A stretch of 64,000 nt of DNA from an uncultured Opitutaceae bacterium (GTDB lineage Bacteria; Verrucomicrobiota; Verrucomicrobiia; Opitutales; Opitutaceae), in contig CALAOT010000073.1 in NCBI GenBank assembly GCA_937889545.1, positions 56,002-120,001 of the forward strand, in the 5' to 3' direction. Shown piece by piece: positions 1 to 9,564 of this stretch. The position numbers and the translations under genes were made by a program. Below the pieces are notes generated by a model. It made no database searches and had not been told where the DNA came from. It saw only the letters and a program-made list of their open reading frames with translations. The first letter of the stretch is position 1; each line of letters begins with the position of its first letter.

Positions 1-1358
1 TCGCCCAGGCGCTCCATTGCGGCGCCGAACTCGCCCACAACGGGATCCATCTTGGCGAGGGCGTACCTGGCGGGCTCGGAGCCCAGGTTGTCCGCTGCCG
101 CCTTGAACTGGAGCAGCGTGATCCGGTTCAAGGGCCGCGCGGGCTGATAGAGCATTCCGGAGGGGTGCGCACCGTGCGCCTGCGGCACGGACATCACGAA
201 TCCCAGGTCGACGATCCGGTTCAGGCACTCGTTGAGGACCTGGGTGGGCGCCCTCACCGCCTCGGAGAGCTCGGAGACCGACATCGGCGGCTGGCAGGCG
301 TGAAAGCGGCGGCAGATCGCCATGAGCACCGCAAGGGAGAGCCGCTCGCGATTGGCGGCGCTTAGGCCGCCCCACGCCAGCTGGCTGTTGCGGGCATGGA
401 CATTCTGTACGGCGTAGCTTATCTGGCCGCCCACAAGGACGAAGAGCCAGAAGACATAGAGGCCGAACATGAGAACCGGGATGATCCCGAGCGAACCGAA
501 CAGGCTCTTGGTCAGGAGCACGCGCCTGAGATACAGAACCCCGAGCAAGTTGTTCGCCGAGAGCAGGAGGGCGACCACGATGGCGCCCGACAGCGCCGCG
601 CCCCACCGGACCCGGGTGTTGGGAATCGCGTGGTAGAACGACACCAGCACCGCCGCAACCAGGACAAACGAGAACAACGGAAGCGACCAGCGCAGAAGCC
701 GGGCGATCTCGACGCCAAAGGGCATCCTCCCGACGAACACGTTCACAAAGGCCCCCGCTCCAAGAAGCGCCACCGCGGCGAAGAAGACCACGCCCCCGAG
801 CGTGAGGACGGTCCAGTAGAGGACGACACGCGTGAGGAGCGCGCGGCCGCGCCGCACGCCCCAGATTTCGTTGAAGGCGTCCTCGATGGATTTGAAGAGG
901 AACAGGACAATCACGACGAGCATGAGGCCTCCGACGACGCCCACCGCGTCCGACCGGGCGCCCTTTATGAAGCCGTCGATCAACGCGACGAGCTGCGGAT
1001 TGACCGCCACCGCGCCGCCATTGTTCGGGTTCTCATACTGGTTAAGCTGCGGCGCGACGAACGTAATCACGCGGTTCAGCGCATCGGCTGCCAGGTTGGG
1101 ATTCCTTTCGCCGAGGACGGTGGAGGCGACCAGCATGGCGATCGCGATCAGCGGCCCGAGGCCGAGCATGGAGCTGAAGCTCAGGTCCGCGGCCCGGCTG
1201 AGCGTCTTTGTCTCGAAGAATGACGTGGCCGAAATGGAGACGACCCTCAGCAGCGCGTAGAACCGGCCCCTGGGTGACCGGTCCGACAGGAGCGACGCCT
1301 GCCAGATGTCCTTGTGCCAAAGGAGGGATATCCTCGTTCCGATGCCTTGGAACGGCAT
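1..1358 (-). CDS. YihY/BrkB-family inner-membrane protein with a C-terminal winged-helix-like extension; the 3' end runs off the window
   Basis: Absent from the ORF track because it has no stop inside the window. My hand translation of the minus strand from the ATG at 1358-1356 gives MPFQGIGTRISLLWHKDIWQASLLSDRSPRGRFYALLRVV...DLSFSSMLGLGPLIAIAML...LYWTVLTLGGVVFF...GLYVFWLFVLVGGQISYAVQN, a multi-TM YihY-like pattern. An in-frame TGA lies 3 codons upstream of the ATG. Confidence 0.7.
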   Translation of the reverse strand, partial: MPFQGIGTRISLLWHKDIWQASLLSDRSPRGRFYALLRVVSISATSFFETKTLSRAADLSFSSMLGLGPLIAIAMLVASTVLGERNPNLAADALNRVITFVAPQLNQYENPNNGGAVAVNPQLVALIDGFIKGARSDAVGVVGGLMLVVIVLFLFKSIEDAFNEIWGVRRGRALLTRVVLYWTVLTLGGVVFFAAVALLGAGAFVNVFVGRMPFGVEIARLLRWSLPLFSFVLVAAVLVSFYHAIPNTRVRWGAALSGAIVVALLLSANNLLGVLYLRRVLLTKSLFGSLGIIPVLMFGLYVFWLFVLVGGQISYAVQNVHARNSQLAWGGLSAANRERLSLAVLMAICRRFHACQPPMSVSELSEAVRAPTQVLNECLNRIVDLGFVMSVPQAHGAHPSGMLYQPARPLNRITLLQFKAAADNLGSEPARYALAKMDPVVGEFGAAMERLG

Positions 1359-1367
1359 TTCGGTCCG

Positions 1368-2117
1368 TCAGACTGACAACAGGAAGTACGAGGCTCCCGC
1401 CATCCCCGCGATTCCGAGCAACGACACGACGATGACCGGAAACATGTTCATGCACACCGTCACCAAGAAGAGGCCTCCGGATCCCCCGATCACGGCGATC
1501 AGCGGGAGGTTGAGGCCCTGGGTGAAGTACACGAACCCGAACAATCCCAGCCCGAGCGCTGCCCGGAAGCGGACAAAGGGGTAGAAGGCAACGACGCCGA
1601 GACCGAGCATGACTGCAGTGAAGAGGTCGATCGCGCCGAGGAGTACGAGCGGCTGCTCGGCGAGCTTAGTCACGTCCAGGGCCTGGATCGCGTCGGCGGC
1701 GGGCAGGAGCTCGCCGGCGGCTGCGAGCACGAGGCACAGGACCGCTGCCCACATCCCGATCCTGGCTGCGTGGGCCTGCATTATTGCGGGATCAACCCGG
1801 TGCCTCGTCTCGGCGGTCTTTCCCTCCGCCCCCGCGAGCATGTCCTCAATCGTGATGGGCGCGAGCATGTCGGACCTCCGGGTCGGAGAGGGGGCCTCCT
1901 TCATCTTCATGCGGAGCTTGCGCTTCTCGGGGAACAGGGAGCTCTTGAGCTCCTCGGTGGCGCCGATCGCGGTCCAGTCCTCCAAGGCCGCGTCATACCA
2001 GAGCGTTTCGACCGTGACCTGGCCGGTCTCCGCCAGAGAAATGAGCTGCTCGACGTTGAAGGGACCGCGCGCCTCGTTTTCCGACGCCTCGCGAATGTAG
2101 TATTCCTGCGTGGCCAT
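1368..2117 (-). CDS. GYF_2 (DUF4339)-like N-terminal domain fused to a multi-TM membrane region; function unknown
   Basis: 249-aa ORF. The N-terminus YYIREASENEARGPFNVEQLISLAETGQVTVETLWYDAALEDWTAIG fits the GYF_2 pattern. The C-terminal half is hydrophobic with several predicted TM helices. Confidence 0.6.
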   Translation of the reverse strand: MATQEYYIREASENEARGPFNVEQLISLAETGQVTVETLWYDAALEDWTAIGATEELKSSLFPEKRKLRMKMKEAPSPTRRSDMLAPITIEDMLAGAEGKTAETRHRVDPAIMQAHAARIGMWAAVLCLVLAAAGELLPAADAIQALDVTKLAEQPLVLLGAIDLFTAVMLGLGVVAFYPFVRFRAALGLGLFGFVYFTQGLNLPLIAVIGGSGGLFLVTVCMNMFPVIVVSLLGIAGMAGASYFLLSV

Positions 2118-2166
2118 TGAATAGGGAGGGTGGTCCTGCGCGCTTTGGGCGGCAAGCGCGTTTTGC

Positions 2167-3915
2167 TCACATCCGCTCCAGCGTGCGAAGCCCGAGGAGG
2201 TCTAGGCCGGTCTCCAGGAAGAGGAGCGTCCGCGCGCAAAGCAGGAGCCGGCGGGCGCGGGCAGCCGGCTCGGGGACGATCACCTTGTCGGCATTGTAGA
2301 ATGTGCTGAAATCCCCTGCGAGCTCGTACAGGTAGAGGCAGAGGAAGTGCGGGCGGAGCGTCTCCATGGAGAGGCGCAGGGCGTCGGAGAACTTCACGAG
2401 CTTCCGGGCCAGGGCGATTTCGCCTGGCGTCTGGAAGGCGTCGGCCCCCGACTCGGCGGCGGGATCGCCGCATTCGAGCCCGTGTCGCCGGAATATTGAG
2501 CGGATCCGGGCGAGCGCGTAGAGCAGGTAGGCCGCGGTGTTGCCCTCCAGGGAGATCATCTTGTCCCAAGAAAAGACGTAGTCGCTCGAGCGGTTCTGCG
2601 AGAGGTCGGCGTATTGCACGGAGCCGACGCCCACGATCTCGGCGATGGTCCGGCGCTCTTCCTCGGAAAACTCCGGGCTCTTGCCGGTCACGAGCGCGAA
2701 CGCCCGTTGCGCGGCCTCGTCGAGCAGGTCGCCGAGCTTGACGTGGTCGCCCGTGCGCGTCTTGAGCGGCTTTCCGTCCTCGCCGAGCACGGTCCCGAAG
2801 TCGACGTGCTCGAGCTTCGGCAGGGGCCGGCCCAGCTTAACAAACCACGTGCGCGCGGTGAGGAAAAGCTGCTCGAAATGGTCCCCCTGGCGCTTGTCGA
2901 CTACGTAAAGGATGCCGTTTGCCCCAAAGTGCTCGAACCGGTACAGGATTGTCGCAAGGTCGGTCGTCGCGTAATTGGCGGCACCGTCCGACTTGCGCAC
3001 GATCATGGGCTGGGTCTTGAATCGCGGATGTTCCGGGTGGAAAACGACTTGCGCGCCCTCGCTCTGCGTCGAAATCCCGGCGGCGGATAGCTCCGCATAG
3101 ACGCGCCCGACCTTGTCGTTGTAGAAGCTTTCGCCCAGCGTCTCGTCAAATCGGATCCCGAGCCGGCCGTAGATCCGCTGGAACGCCGCGAGGCTCGCCT
3201 CGTTGATGCGCCTCCACAGAGCGAGGTTCTCGGGGTCGCCCGCCTGGAGCTTCACGAGCTCGGCCCGCGCCGCCTCCATGACGGCCGCGTCCGATTCGGC
3301 CGCGGAATTGCCGACCTTATAAAGGCGCTCGAACTCCTCTATCGCGTCGCGCGCGAGCGCCGCCTCGTCCAGGTGGCGTTTGCAGGCCCAGATCAGCTTG
3401 CCGTACTGGGTGCCCCAGTCGCCGATGTGGTTGTCGCGCACGACCCGCGCACCCGTGAACCCGAGAAGCCGCGCGATGGCCTCCCCGATCACCGCCGAGC
3501 GCAGGTGGCCGACATGCATCTGCTTTGCGGTGTTGGGCGAGCTGTAGTCGACGACCCAGGTTTCCCCGGCGTGCGCCGCCGAGGCCCCCGAGGCCAGGTC
3601 CTCCCTGGACCGGTGGGCCTGGAGCCAGGCGATCAGGAGGGGCGGCCGAGCCGCGAAGTTGATGAAGCCCGGCCCGGAGACGGACACCTCGAATCCTCCG
3701 CGGACGTCGTCGGTCAGGGCGGAGGCGATCGCCTCCGCCATCGGCCGCGGCGGCTTTCCTGACCTCTTGGCGGCCGCCAGCACGCCGTTCGCCTGGAAGT
3801 CGCCATGCCTCGGGTCGGCGGTGCGCACGCCGGGCTCAAACGTCGCGGGATCGCCGCCCGCGGCGGCCTTCAGAGCCCTTTCCAGCTCGCCGATCAAATC
3901 GAAGGCAAGGTGCAT
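2167..3915 (-). CDS. argS: arginine--tRNA ligase
   Basis: 582 aa. Contains the class I HIGH-type motif SSPNTAKQMHVGHLRSAVIGEAIARLL, the N-terminal GDFQAN/GPGFINF additional domain and a C-terminal anticodon-binding region typical of ArgRS. Confidence 0.95.
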   Translation of the reverse strand: MHLAFDLIGELERALKAAAGGDPATFEPGVRTADPRHGDFQANGVLAAAKRSGKPPRPMAEAIASALTDDVRGGFEVSVSGPGFINFAARPPLLIAWLQAHRSREDLASGASAAHAGETWVVDYSSPNTAKQMHVGHLRSAVIGEAIARLLGFTGARVVRDNHIGDWGTQYGKLIWACKRHLDEAALARDAIEEFERLYKVGNSAAESDAAVMEAARAELVKLQAGDPENLALWRRINEASLAAFQRIYGRLGIRFDETLGESFYNDKVGRVYAELSAAGISTQSEGAQVVFHPEHPRFKTQPMIVRKSDGAANYATTDLATILYRFEHFGANGILYVVDKRQGDHFEQLFLTARTWFVKLGRPLPKLEHVDFGTVLGEDGKPLKTRTGDHVKLGDLLDEAAQRAFALVTGKSPEFSEEERRTIAEIVGVGSVQYADLSQNRSSDYVFSWDKMISLEGNTAAYLLYALARIRSIFRRHGLECGDPAAESGADAFQTPGEIALARKLVKFSDALRLSMETLRPHFLCLYLYELAGDFSTFYNADKVIVPEPAARARRLLLCARTLLFLETGLDLLGLRTLERM

Positions 3916-4055
3916 CCGGTCACTTCACCATCCAGCTGGCGGCAGGCGCAAGGCAAGAGTCTATGGGTCGTTTTGACTCGACATTTTCAGGGATGCGTAT
4001 TGGGTCGTACGCTTTCCCCGCCCCGGGGCCCCTCCCTCAGCCGCCCATCAACTCC

Positions 4056-5402
4056 ATGACGAGCAAACGCAACATTCCCGCACGCCGCTTCATCAAGCCC
4101 ACGTTTAACTTCTTGATTGAGAAGAAGAGAGACGGGGGAGAGTTCACGCAGGAGGAGATCCGGTACATCATCGACAGCACGCTCGACGGCGAAATGCCGC
4201 TCCATCAGCTGGCCGCGCTCGCCATGGCGATCTACTTCTCGGGCATGTCGGCGCAGGAGACGGCGGACCTCACCGAGGAGATGATGCTTTCGGGCGAGGT
4301 GATCGACCTGTCACACATCGCGAAGCCGAAAATCGACAAGTATTCGACCGGCGGAGTGGGCGACAAGACCGCGCTTGTGCTCGTCCCGCTCGCGATGGCC
4401 TCCGGCGTCGTCGTCCCGATGATGTGCGGGGTCGAGCACGACTACGTCATCAACACGCTTGAGAAGCTCGCGGCCATCCCCGGTTTCAAGGGGCACCAGA
4501 CAAACGAGCAGTTCGCACTCCAGCTGGCCAAGATCGGGGGGGCCATCGTCGCCCAGAACGAGGACCTGGCTCCCGCCGACGCAAAGCTCTACGAGCTGCG
4601 CAAGGACACGGGCACGATCCCGAGCCTTCCGCTCATCACGGGCAGCGTCCTTTCGAAGAAGTTGGCCGAGGGGGCCGAGGGGCTCGTAATCGACGTGAAG
4701 TGGGGCAACGGCTCGTTCATCAAGGACCTGGAGCAGGCCAAGCAGCTTGCCCGCTCGATGACGCGCGTCGGCCGCTCGATGAAGCGCCGCTGCGTCGCGC
4801 TCGTGACGGACATGAACCAGCCGCTCGGCGACTCCGTGGGGACGGCGCTCGAGGTGAAGGAGGCGATCCAGCTGCTGAAGGGCGAGGGCCCCGAGGACGT
4901 GAAGGAGCTCGTGCTCAAGCTCGGCATGGAGATCGTCCGCCTGGCCGGTGTCGCCGGTTCGACGCTTTCGGCCAAGCAGACCGTCCAGCGCCACCTGACC
5001 GACGGATCGGCGCTCGAGAAGTTCAAGGAGCTGGTCAGGGCGCAGGGCGGAGACACCTCCTACATCGACCATCCGGATAAGTTCCCGCAGGCCAGGCATA
5101 TCCGTAAGCTTCCGGCGCCAAAGCGCGGCTATGTCCACACCATCAACGCGGCGATGATCGCCCGCGGCGTGCACCTGCTCGGGGCCGGCAGGGAGAACGC
5201 GCACGACAAGATCGACCATTCGGTCGGCGTGTCCGAGATCAAGAAGGTCGGAACCCAGGTGAAGCAGGGCGAGCCGCTGATGATGATCCATTACAACGAC
5301 GAGGCGAAGCTCGAGCAGGCGCTCGAGTACTTCAAGAACGCCTACCGCCTCGCCCCGAAGCGCCCGACACCGCCCCCGGCCATCGTCGAGCGGGTGGCCT
5401 GA
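4056..5402 (+). CDS. deoA: thymidine / pyrimidine-nucleoside phosphorylase
   Basis: The ORF track gives 3963..5402. Homology starts near FNFLIEKKRDGGEFTQEEIRYII...KIDKYSTGGVGDKTALVLVPL, so I prefer the ATG at 4056 (MTSKRN...), giving 448 aa. Confidence 0.88.
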   Translation: MTSKRNIPARRFIKPTFNFLIEKKRDGGEFTQEEIRYIIDSTLDGEMPLHQLAALAMAIYFSGMSAQETADLTEEMMLSGEVIDLSHIAKPKIDKYSTGGVGDKTALVLVPLAMASGVVVPMMCGVEHDYVINTLEKLAAIPGFKGHQTNEQFALQLAKIGGAIVAQNEDLAPADAKLYELRKDTGTIPSLPLITGSVLSKKLAEGAEGLVIDVKWGNGSFIKDLEQAKQLARSMTRVGRSMKRRCVALVTDMNQPLGDSVGTALEVKEAIQLLKGEGPEDVKELVLKLGMEIVRLAGVAGSTLSAKQTVQRHLTDGSALEKFKELVRAQGGDTSYIDHPDKFPQARHIRKLPAPKRGYVHTINAAMIARGVHLLGAGRENAHDKIDHSVGVSEIKKVGTQVKQGEPLMMIHYNDEAKLEQALEYFKNAYRLAPKRPTPPPAIVERVA

Positions 5403-5419
5403 CCCGGCTCCGACGGGTC

Positions 5420-6622
5420 GTGTCCACCGTGGTCGACCGATCGTCCTGGTCGCGGCCTTGGGCGCAGCTGAAATACGTCACCTTCCAGCCTGCGGTCTTT
5501 CCGCGCCTGCTCGGCAACGTGTCGCCGGACGCGCGCCCCGGCGACTGGGTATCCGTCTACGACAAGAACGGCGAGCGGGTGGGGGCGGGCATTTTCAATC
5601 CTCGGGCCAAGATCCCGCTCCGGGTCGTCGTGCACGGCACCGAGCCGATCGGGGAGGACTACTTCGAGAGGGCGATCCGGCGCGCCGTGGGGCTGCGCCG
5701 CGACCTTTTCAAGCTCGACGCCGAGACGGACGCCTATCGCCTTGTCAACTCCGACGGCGACGGGTTGAGCGGCCTGACGATCGACCGGTACGCCGACGTG
5801 CTCCTGTGCGAGGTGTTCAGCCTCGGGATCGCGCAGAGGCTCCCAGATTGGCTGCCGCTCCTGCACGAGCTGGCGGGCACGAAGTTCGCGCGCGTCCAGG
5901 TGGACCACGACCTCGGGAGCCTCGAGGGCATCAAGCCCTCCACGTTCAACGAGACCAACGCGGCGGCCCCGCGTGCCGTGAAGATCCGCGAGAACGGGGT
6001 GCGCTACGAGGTTGATTTTGCCGGGGGCCACAAGACGGGCTTTTTCTGCGACCAGCGCGACAACCGCAGGGCGATCGCGACATTCTCGAAAGGTGCGCGC
6101 GTGCTCGACCTCTGCTGCTACACGGGGGGATTCTCCCTGTGCGCGACGATCCTGGGCGGGGCGGACGAAGTCACGAGCGTCGACCTCGACGAGGCGGCCG
6201 TGGCCCAGGCCAGGCGGAACGCGAATCTGAACCAGGTTCGGCTCAACCTCGTCCACGCCGATGCGTTCGCCTACGCACGGCAGATGTACCAGAACAAGGA
6301 GGCGTGGGATCTTGTGGTGCTCGACCCCCCGAAGTTCATATTCACCCGCGACGCGCACGGGAATTGGGAGGGCCGCCAGAAATACGAGGACCTGAACCAG
6401 CTTGCGATTGGCCTTGTGAAGCCGGACGGGATTCTCGTCACCTGCTCGTGCTCGGGGCTGTTGAGCCTGGAGGATTTCGAGCAGCACGTGATCAAGGCTG
6501 CGCACAGGCAGAACCGGAGGCTGCAGTTCTTCAACCGCACGGGCCCCGGCCCGGATCATCCGGTCTATTCCAATTGCCTGGAAGGCCGGTACCTGAAGGT
6601 GCTCTGGTCGCGGGTGACGTGA
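5420..6622 (+). CDS. rlmI: class I SAM-dependent 23S rRNA (cytosine-C5) methyltransferase, RlmI-like (PUA + MTase)
   Basis: 400 aa with a GTG start. Contains HKTGFFCDQRDNRRAIATFSKGARVLDLCCYTGGFSLCA and VVLDPPKF, the RlmI/RlmK family signatures. Confidence 0.82.
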   Translation: MSTVVDRSSWSRPWAQLKYVTFQPAVFPRLLGNVSPDARPGDWVSVYDKNGERVGAGIFNPRAKIPLRVVVHGTEPIGEDYFERAIRRAVGLRRDLFKLDAETDAYRLVNSDGDGLSGLTIDRYADVLLCEVFSLGIAQRLPDWLPLLHELAGTKFARVQVDHDLGSLEGIKPSTFNETNAAAPRAVKIRENGVRYEVDFAGGHKTGFFCDQRDNRRAIATFSKGARVLDLCCYTGGFSLCATILGGADEVTSVDLDEAAVAQARRNANLNQVRLNLVHADAFAYARQMYQNKEAWDLVVLDPPKFIFTRDAHGNWEGRQKYEDLNQLAIGLVKPDGILVTCSCSGLLSLEDFEQHVIKAAHRQNRRLQFFNRTGPGPDHPVYSNCLEGRYLKVLWSRVT

Positions 6623-6680
6623 CGCAACGCCGGGCCTGCGGCTGAATTCCGTCCCGGCGCACTCGCTGGGCGCGGGCCTC

Positions 6681-7238
6681 TCAGGCGCGGCCCATGTACG
6701 CTCCGTCGGCGGTGCTGACCCGCACCAACTCGCCTTCCTTGACGAAGAGGGGAACCTGGATGACGAGCCCCGTCTCGAGCTTTGCCGGCTTCTGTACGTT
6801 GCTCGTCGTGTCACCCCTGATGCCGTCGGCGGATTCCACGATCTTGAGGGTCACCGTGGACGGCAGTTCAACGGTGATGGGCTTGTCGTCCACGAAGAGC
6901 ACGTCCACCTTTCCGCCCGGCGTTAGGAAGTTACTGACGTCCCCCAGGGTCTGCGCGCTCAGCTCGATCTGCTCGTATGTCGAGGGGTCGATGAAGGCGA
7001 ACGCATCGCGGTCGGCATAGCTGAACTCGAGCGTGCGGCGCTCCGTCGGGAGCACCTCGATGGTGTCGGTCGAAGCAAATCGCTGGTCGAGCGCCTTGCC
7101 ATAGCGCAGGTTGCGCATCTTGACCTGGACGAACGCGCGCAGGTTTCCCGGCGTGCGATGCTGCGTTTCCATTACGAGATGCGGCTCACCGTTATGCTTG
7201 ATTACCTGACCTTTGCGAATGTCGTTGGCTGCGGGCAT
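6681..7238 (-). CDS. efp: elongation factor P
   Basis: The ORF track gives 6681..7313. The EF-P homology begins at MPAANDIRKGQVIKHNGEPHLVMETQHRTPGNLRAFVQVKMRNL, corresponding to the ATG at 7238, giving 185 aa. Confidence 0.95.
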   Translation of the reverse strand: MPAANDIRKGQVIKHNGEPHLVMETQHRTPGNLRAFVQVKMRNLRYGKALDQRFASTDTIEVLPTERRTLEFSYADRDAFAFIDPSTYEQIELSAQTLGDVSNFLTPGGKVDVLFVDDKPITVELPSTVTLKIVESADGIRGDTTSNVQKPAKLETGLVIQVPLFVKEGELVRVSTADGAYMGRA

Positions 7239-7385
7239 GGCGTCTTGGCGGATCGTTCTGGGCGTTTTGTATGAGGGAAGGATCAGTCCTACAAAGACGG
7301 CCATCCCTGTCAAGGCCAGTGCCGCCGACTATCCGCGCTTGCGCTGCCCGGCACGAGTTGCCGACACTGTTTCACCAGCGAAACC

Positions 7386-8720
7386 ATGAAACAACGGACC
7401 CTGTCGCGCCCCGTTTCGGTAAAGGGCAACGCGCTCCACACCGGTGAAGCGGTGACCCTTACACTAAAGCCGGCTCCCGTGAACCATGGGGTCGTGTTCA
7501 AGCGCGTCGACCTGGGAGGCTCCCCGGAGATCCGCCCGCGCGTGGACCACGTCACCGACCTGGTGCGGGCGACGACGATCCAGGCCGGCCACGCGAAGAT
7601 CCACACCGTCGAGCATGTCCTCAGCGCCCTCAGCGGATGCTGCGTCGACAACGTCATAGTCGAAATGAACGCGTCGGAACCGCCCATCCTGGACGGATCG
7701 GCACGGCCCTTCGTGAACCTGATCATCGAGGGCGAGCCGGTCGAGCAGGACAGGGAGCGCGATTATTACGCGCTCGATGCGCCCGTGTCCGTCGCGAGGG
7801 GGAACTCGTCGATCATCGCCCTTCCGCACGACGGGCTGAAGATTTCCTGCACCTCGGCGGACGACCGCGGCACCCACACCCAGCACATGTCGATGTCCAT
7901 CGATCCCGAGACGTACGTGACCCAGATCGCGCCGGCGCGGACGTTCACGTTCTACGAGGACATCGAGGAGCTCCTCAGGCTCGGAAAGATCCGCGGCGGG
8001 TCGCTCGACTGCGCCGTCGTCATCAAGGGCGACAAGGTGATGTCCAAGGAACCCCTGCGGTTCAAGGACGAGTTCGTGCGCCACAAGATCCTCGACATCA
8101 TCGGGGACGTTTCGCTCCTCGGCATGCCGCTGAAGGCGCACATAGTCGCGATCCGCCCTGGCCATGCGATCAACGCGGAGCTGACGAAGGTTCTATTCGA
8201 CAGGCTCCAGGAGCGCAGGAAAGGCGGCGCGAGAAGGCGGGGCGCGGTTCGCGCGACGCCGGCCGACGACGTGTCGGCGCTCGATATCCGGAGCATCCTG
8301 GACTTGATACCCCACCGGTATCCGTTCGTCATGATCGACCGCGTGGTCAGCATCAAGGGGACGGACGAACTGATCGCGCTCAAGAACGTCACGTTCAACG
8401 AGCCCTACTTCAACGGCCATTTCCCGGGGAATCCCGTCATGCCCGGCGTCCTTCAGCTCGAGGCGATGGCGCAGGCCGCCGGCATTCTGATCGTTGCCCA
8501 CAACAACTGGGTGCCCATGCCCGCATTCTTCATGAGCGCGGACAAGGTCAAGTTCCGCAAGCCCGTCCGCCCGGGCGACCAACTCAGGATCCACGCGAAG
8601 CTGGCCAAGGTCCGGAACAACAAGATCGCGTTCGCCGAGGTGTCCTGCTCGGTGGACGGGCAGGTCGTGTCGAGCGCCGAGCTGATGGTGGGGGTGGTCG
8701 TGGAGCCCGGCAACGAGTGA
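7386..8720 (+). CDS. lpxC/fabZ: bifunctional UDP-3-O-acyl-GlcNAc deacetylase / 3-hydroxyacyl-ACP dehydratase (LpxC-FabZ fusion)
   Basis: 444 aa. The N-terminal half is LpxC-like ([20 protein letters not shown]...[10 protein letters not shown]...[10 protein letters not shown]). The C-terminal part is FabZ-like ([11 protein letters not shown]...[27 protein letters not shown]). Confidence 0.93.
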   Translation: MKQRTLSRPVSVKGNALHTGEAVTLTLKPAPVNHGVVFKRVDLGGSPEIRPRVDHVTDLVRATTIQAGHAKIHTVEHVLSALSGCCVDNVIVEMNASEPPILDGSARPFVNLIIEGEPVEQDRERDYYALDAPVSVARGNSSIIALPHDGLKISCTSADDRGTHTQHMSMSIDPETYVTQIAPARTFTFYEDIEELLRLGKIRGGSLDCAVVIKGDKVMSKEPLRFKDEFVRHKILDIIGDVSLLGMPLKAHIVAIRPGHAINAELTKVLFDRLQERRKGGARRRGAVRATPADDVSALDIRSILDLIPHRYPFVMIDRVVSIKGTDELIALKNVTFNEPYFNGHFPGNPVMPGVLQLEAMAQAAGILIVAHNNWVPMPAFFMSADKVKFRKPVRPGDQLRIHAKLAKVRNNKIAFAEVSCSVDGQVVSSAELMVGVVVEPGNE

Positions 8721-8758
8721 GCGGCCGGCCCCCGGCGGCCGGGGCCTTCCTGGCGCCG

Positions 8759-9220
8759 CTACTTCTTGTAGACCGTGGCCGGATCGAAGGCGCGCGTCGC
8801 TGCGAATTCGAGCTTGAGCGCCTTGGGCCCCTCCGGATCGGCCTCGGCGACCAGCTTGCGGTAGAAGCAGGACCGGTAGCCGTTGTGGCATGCGCCGGGC
8901 CCTAGGTTCTCGACCTTGAGCAGGATCACGTCCTGGTCGCAGTCGACGTAGAGGCCCACGACGTTCAGGGCGTGGCCGGATTGCTCGCCCTTGATCCAGA
9001 GCCTGTTCCGCGAACGGCTCCAAAAGGCGGCCCTCCTGTTGCGGATCGTGTAGTCGAGCGACTCGGCGTTCATGTACGCGAACATGAGCACCTCGTTGGT
9101 CGCAAGGTCCACGGTGATGCAGGGGATCAGCCCATCCGGGCCGAACTTTGGCTGGAGGAGCGTTCCCAGTTCGACCTCCGCGGTCGTTGTGCGCGGGGGA
9201 AATGAGGCGGGTGTTGCCAT
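8759..9220 (-). CDS. hisI: phosphoribosyl-AMP cyclohydrolase (stand-alone HisI)
   Basis: C-terminal 153 aa of track ORF 8759..9742, with the ATG at 9220. Contains GLIPCITVDLATNEVLMFAYMNAESL...RLWIKGEQSGHALNVVGLYVDCDQDVILLKVE..GPGACHNGYRSCFY. Confidence 0.9.
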   Translation of the reverse strand: MATPASFPPRTTTAEVELGTLLQPKFGPDGLIPCITVDLATNEVLMFAYMNAESLDYTIRNRRAAFWSRSRNRLWIKGEQSGHALNVVGLYVDCDQDVILLKVENLGPGACHNGYRSCFYRKLVAEADPEGPKALKLEFAATRAFDPATVYKK

Positions 9221-9222
9221 GG

Positions 9223-9564
9223 TCAGGGCGGGTTGAGGGCCCCGAGTCTTCGCAGGTAGTCGTACGTGTAAAGCCCGGTCGTGTGGCGGTCGCTGAATAC
9301 GAACCGCAGGGCATAGTTGCCGATGCGCTCCCACCCGAGCACCCGGACGCCGGAATAGTCGACCCCGCCGGCGCCGCCGTACTGGTTCCCAAAAACGTCG
9401 CGCTCCCCCTGCGTCTCGGCGCTCGGGGACGCGCGGCGCAGCAGGTCCTGGCGGATGTAGGATTCGGCTCCGTCGCTCCAGGCTATGGCGATCTCGTCGC
9501 CGATCATCTGGATGTTCGCGGGGGTCTGCATTCGAAACGCGGGGTGCGCGGGATCGTCGGCCAT
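9223..9564 (-). CDS. DUF971 (gamma-butyrobetaine hydroxylase-like N-terminal domain) protein
   Basis: C-terminal part of track ORF 9223..10338. Contains IAIAWSDGAESYIRQDLLR...VLGWERIGNYALRFVFSDRHTTGLYTYDYLRRLG. The start is at 9564 (MADDP) or 9531 (MQTPAN). It ends 2 nt before the hisI start. Confidence 0.7.
   Translation of the reverse strand: MADDPAHPAFRMQTPANIQMIGDEIAIAWSDGAESYIRQDLLRRASPSAETQGERDVFGNQYGGAGGVDYSGVRVLGWERIGNYALRFVFSDRHTTGLYTYDYLRRLGALNPP

Noticed and set aside
396-1223. 275-aa plus-strand ORF with very high E/D/R/H content
   Set aside because: It is antisense to the YihY-like membrane protein frame, which gives a coherent multi-TM protein. This translation is low-complexity and charged.
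5342-6814. 490-aa minus-strand ORF antisense to rlmI
   Set aside because: It is a shadow ORF. The plus frame carries the SAM-MTase and PUA-type RlmI motifs.
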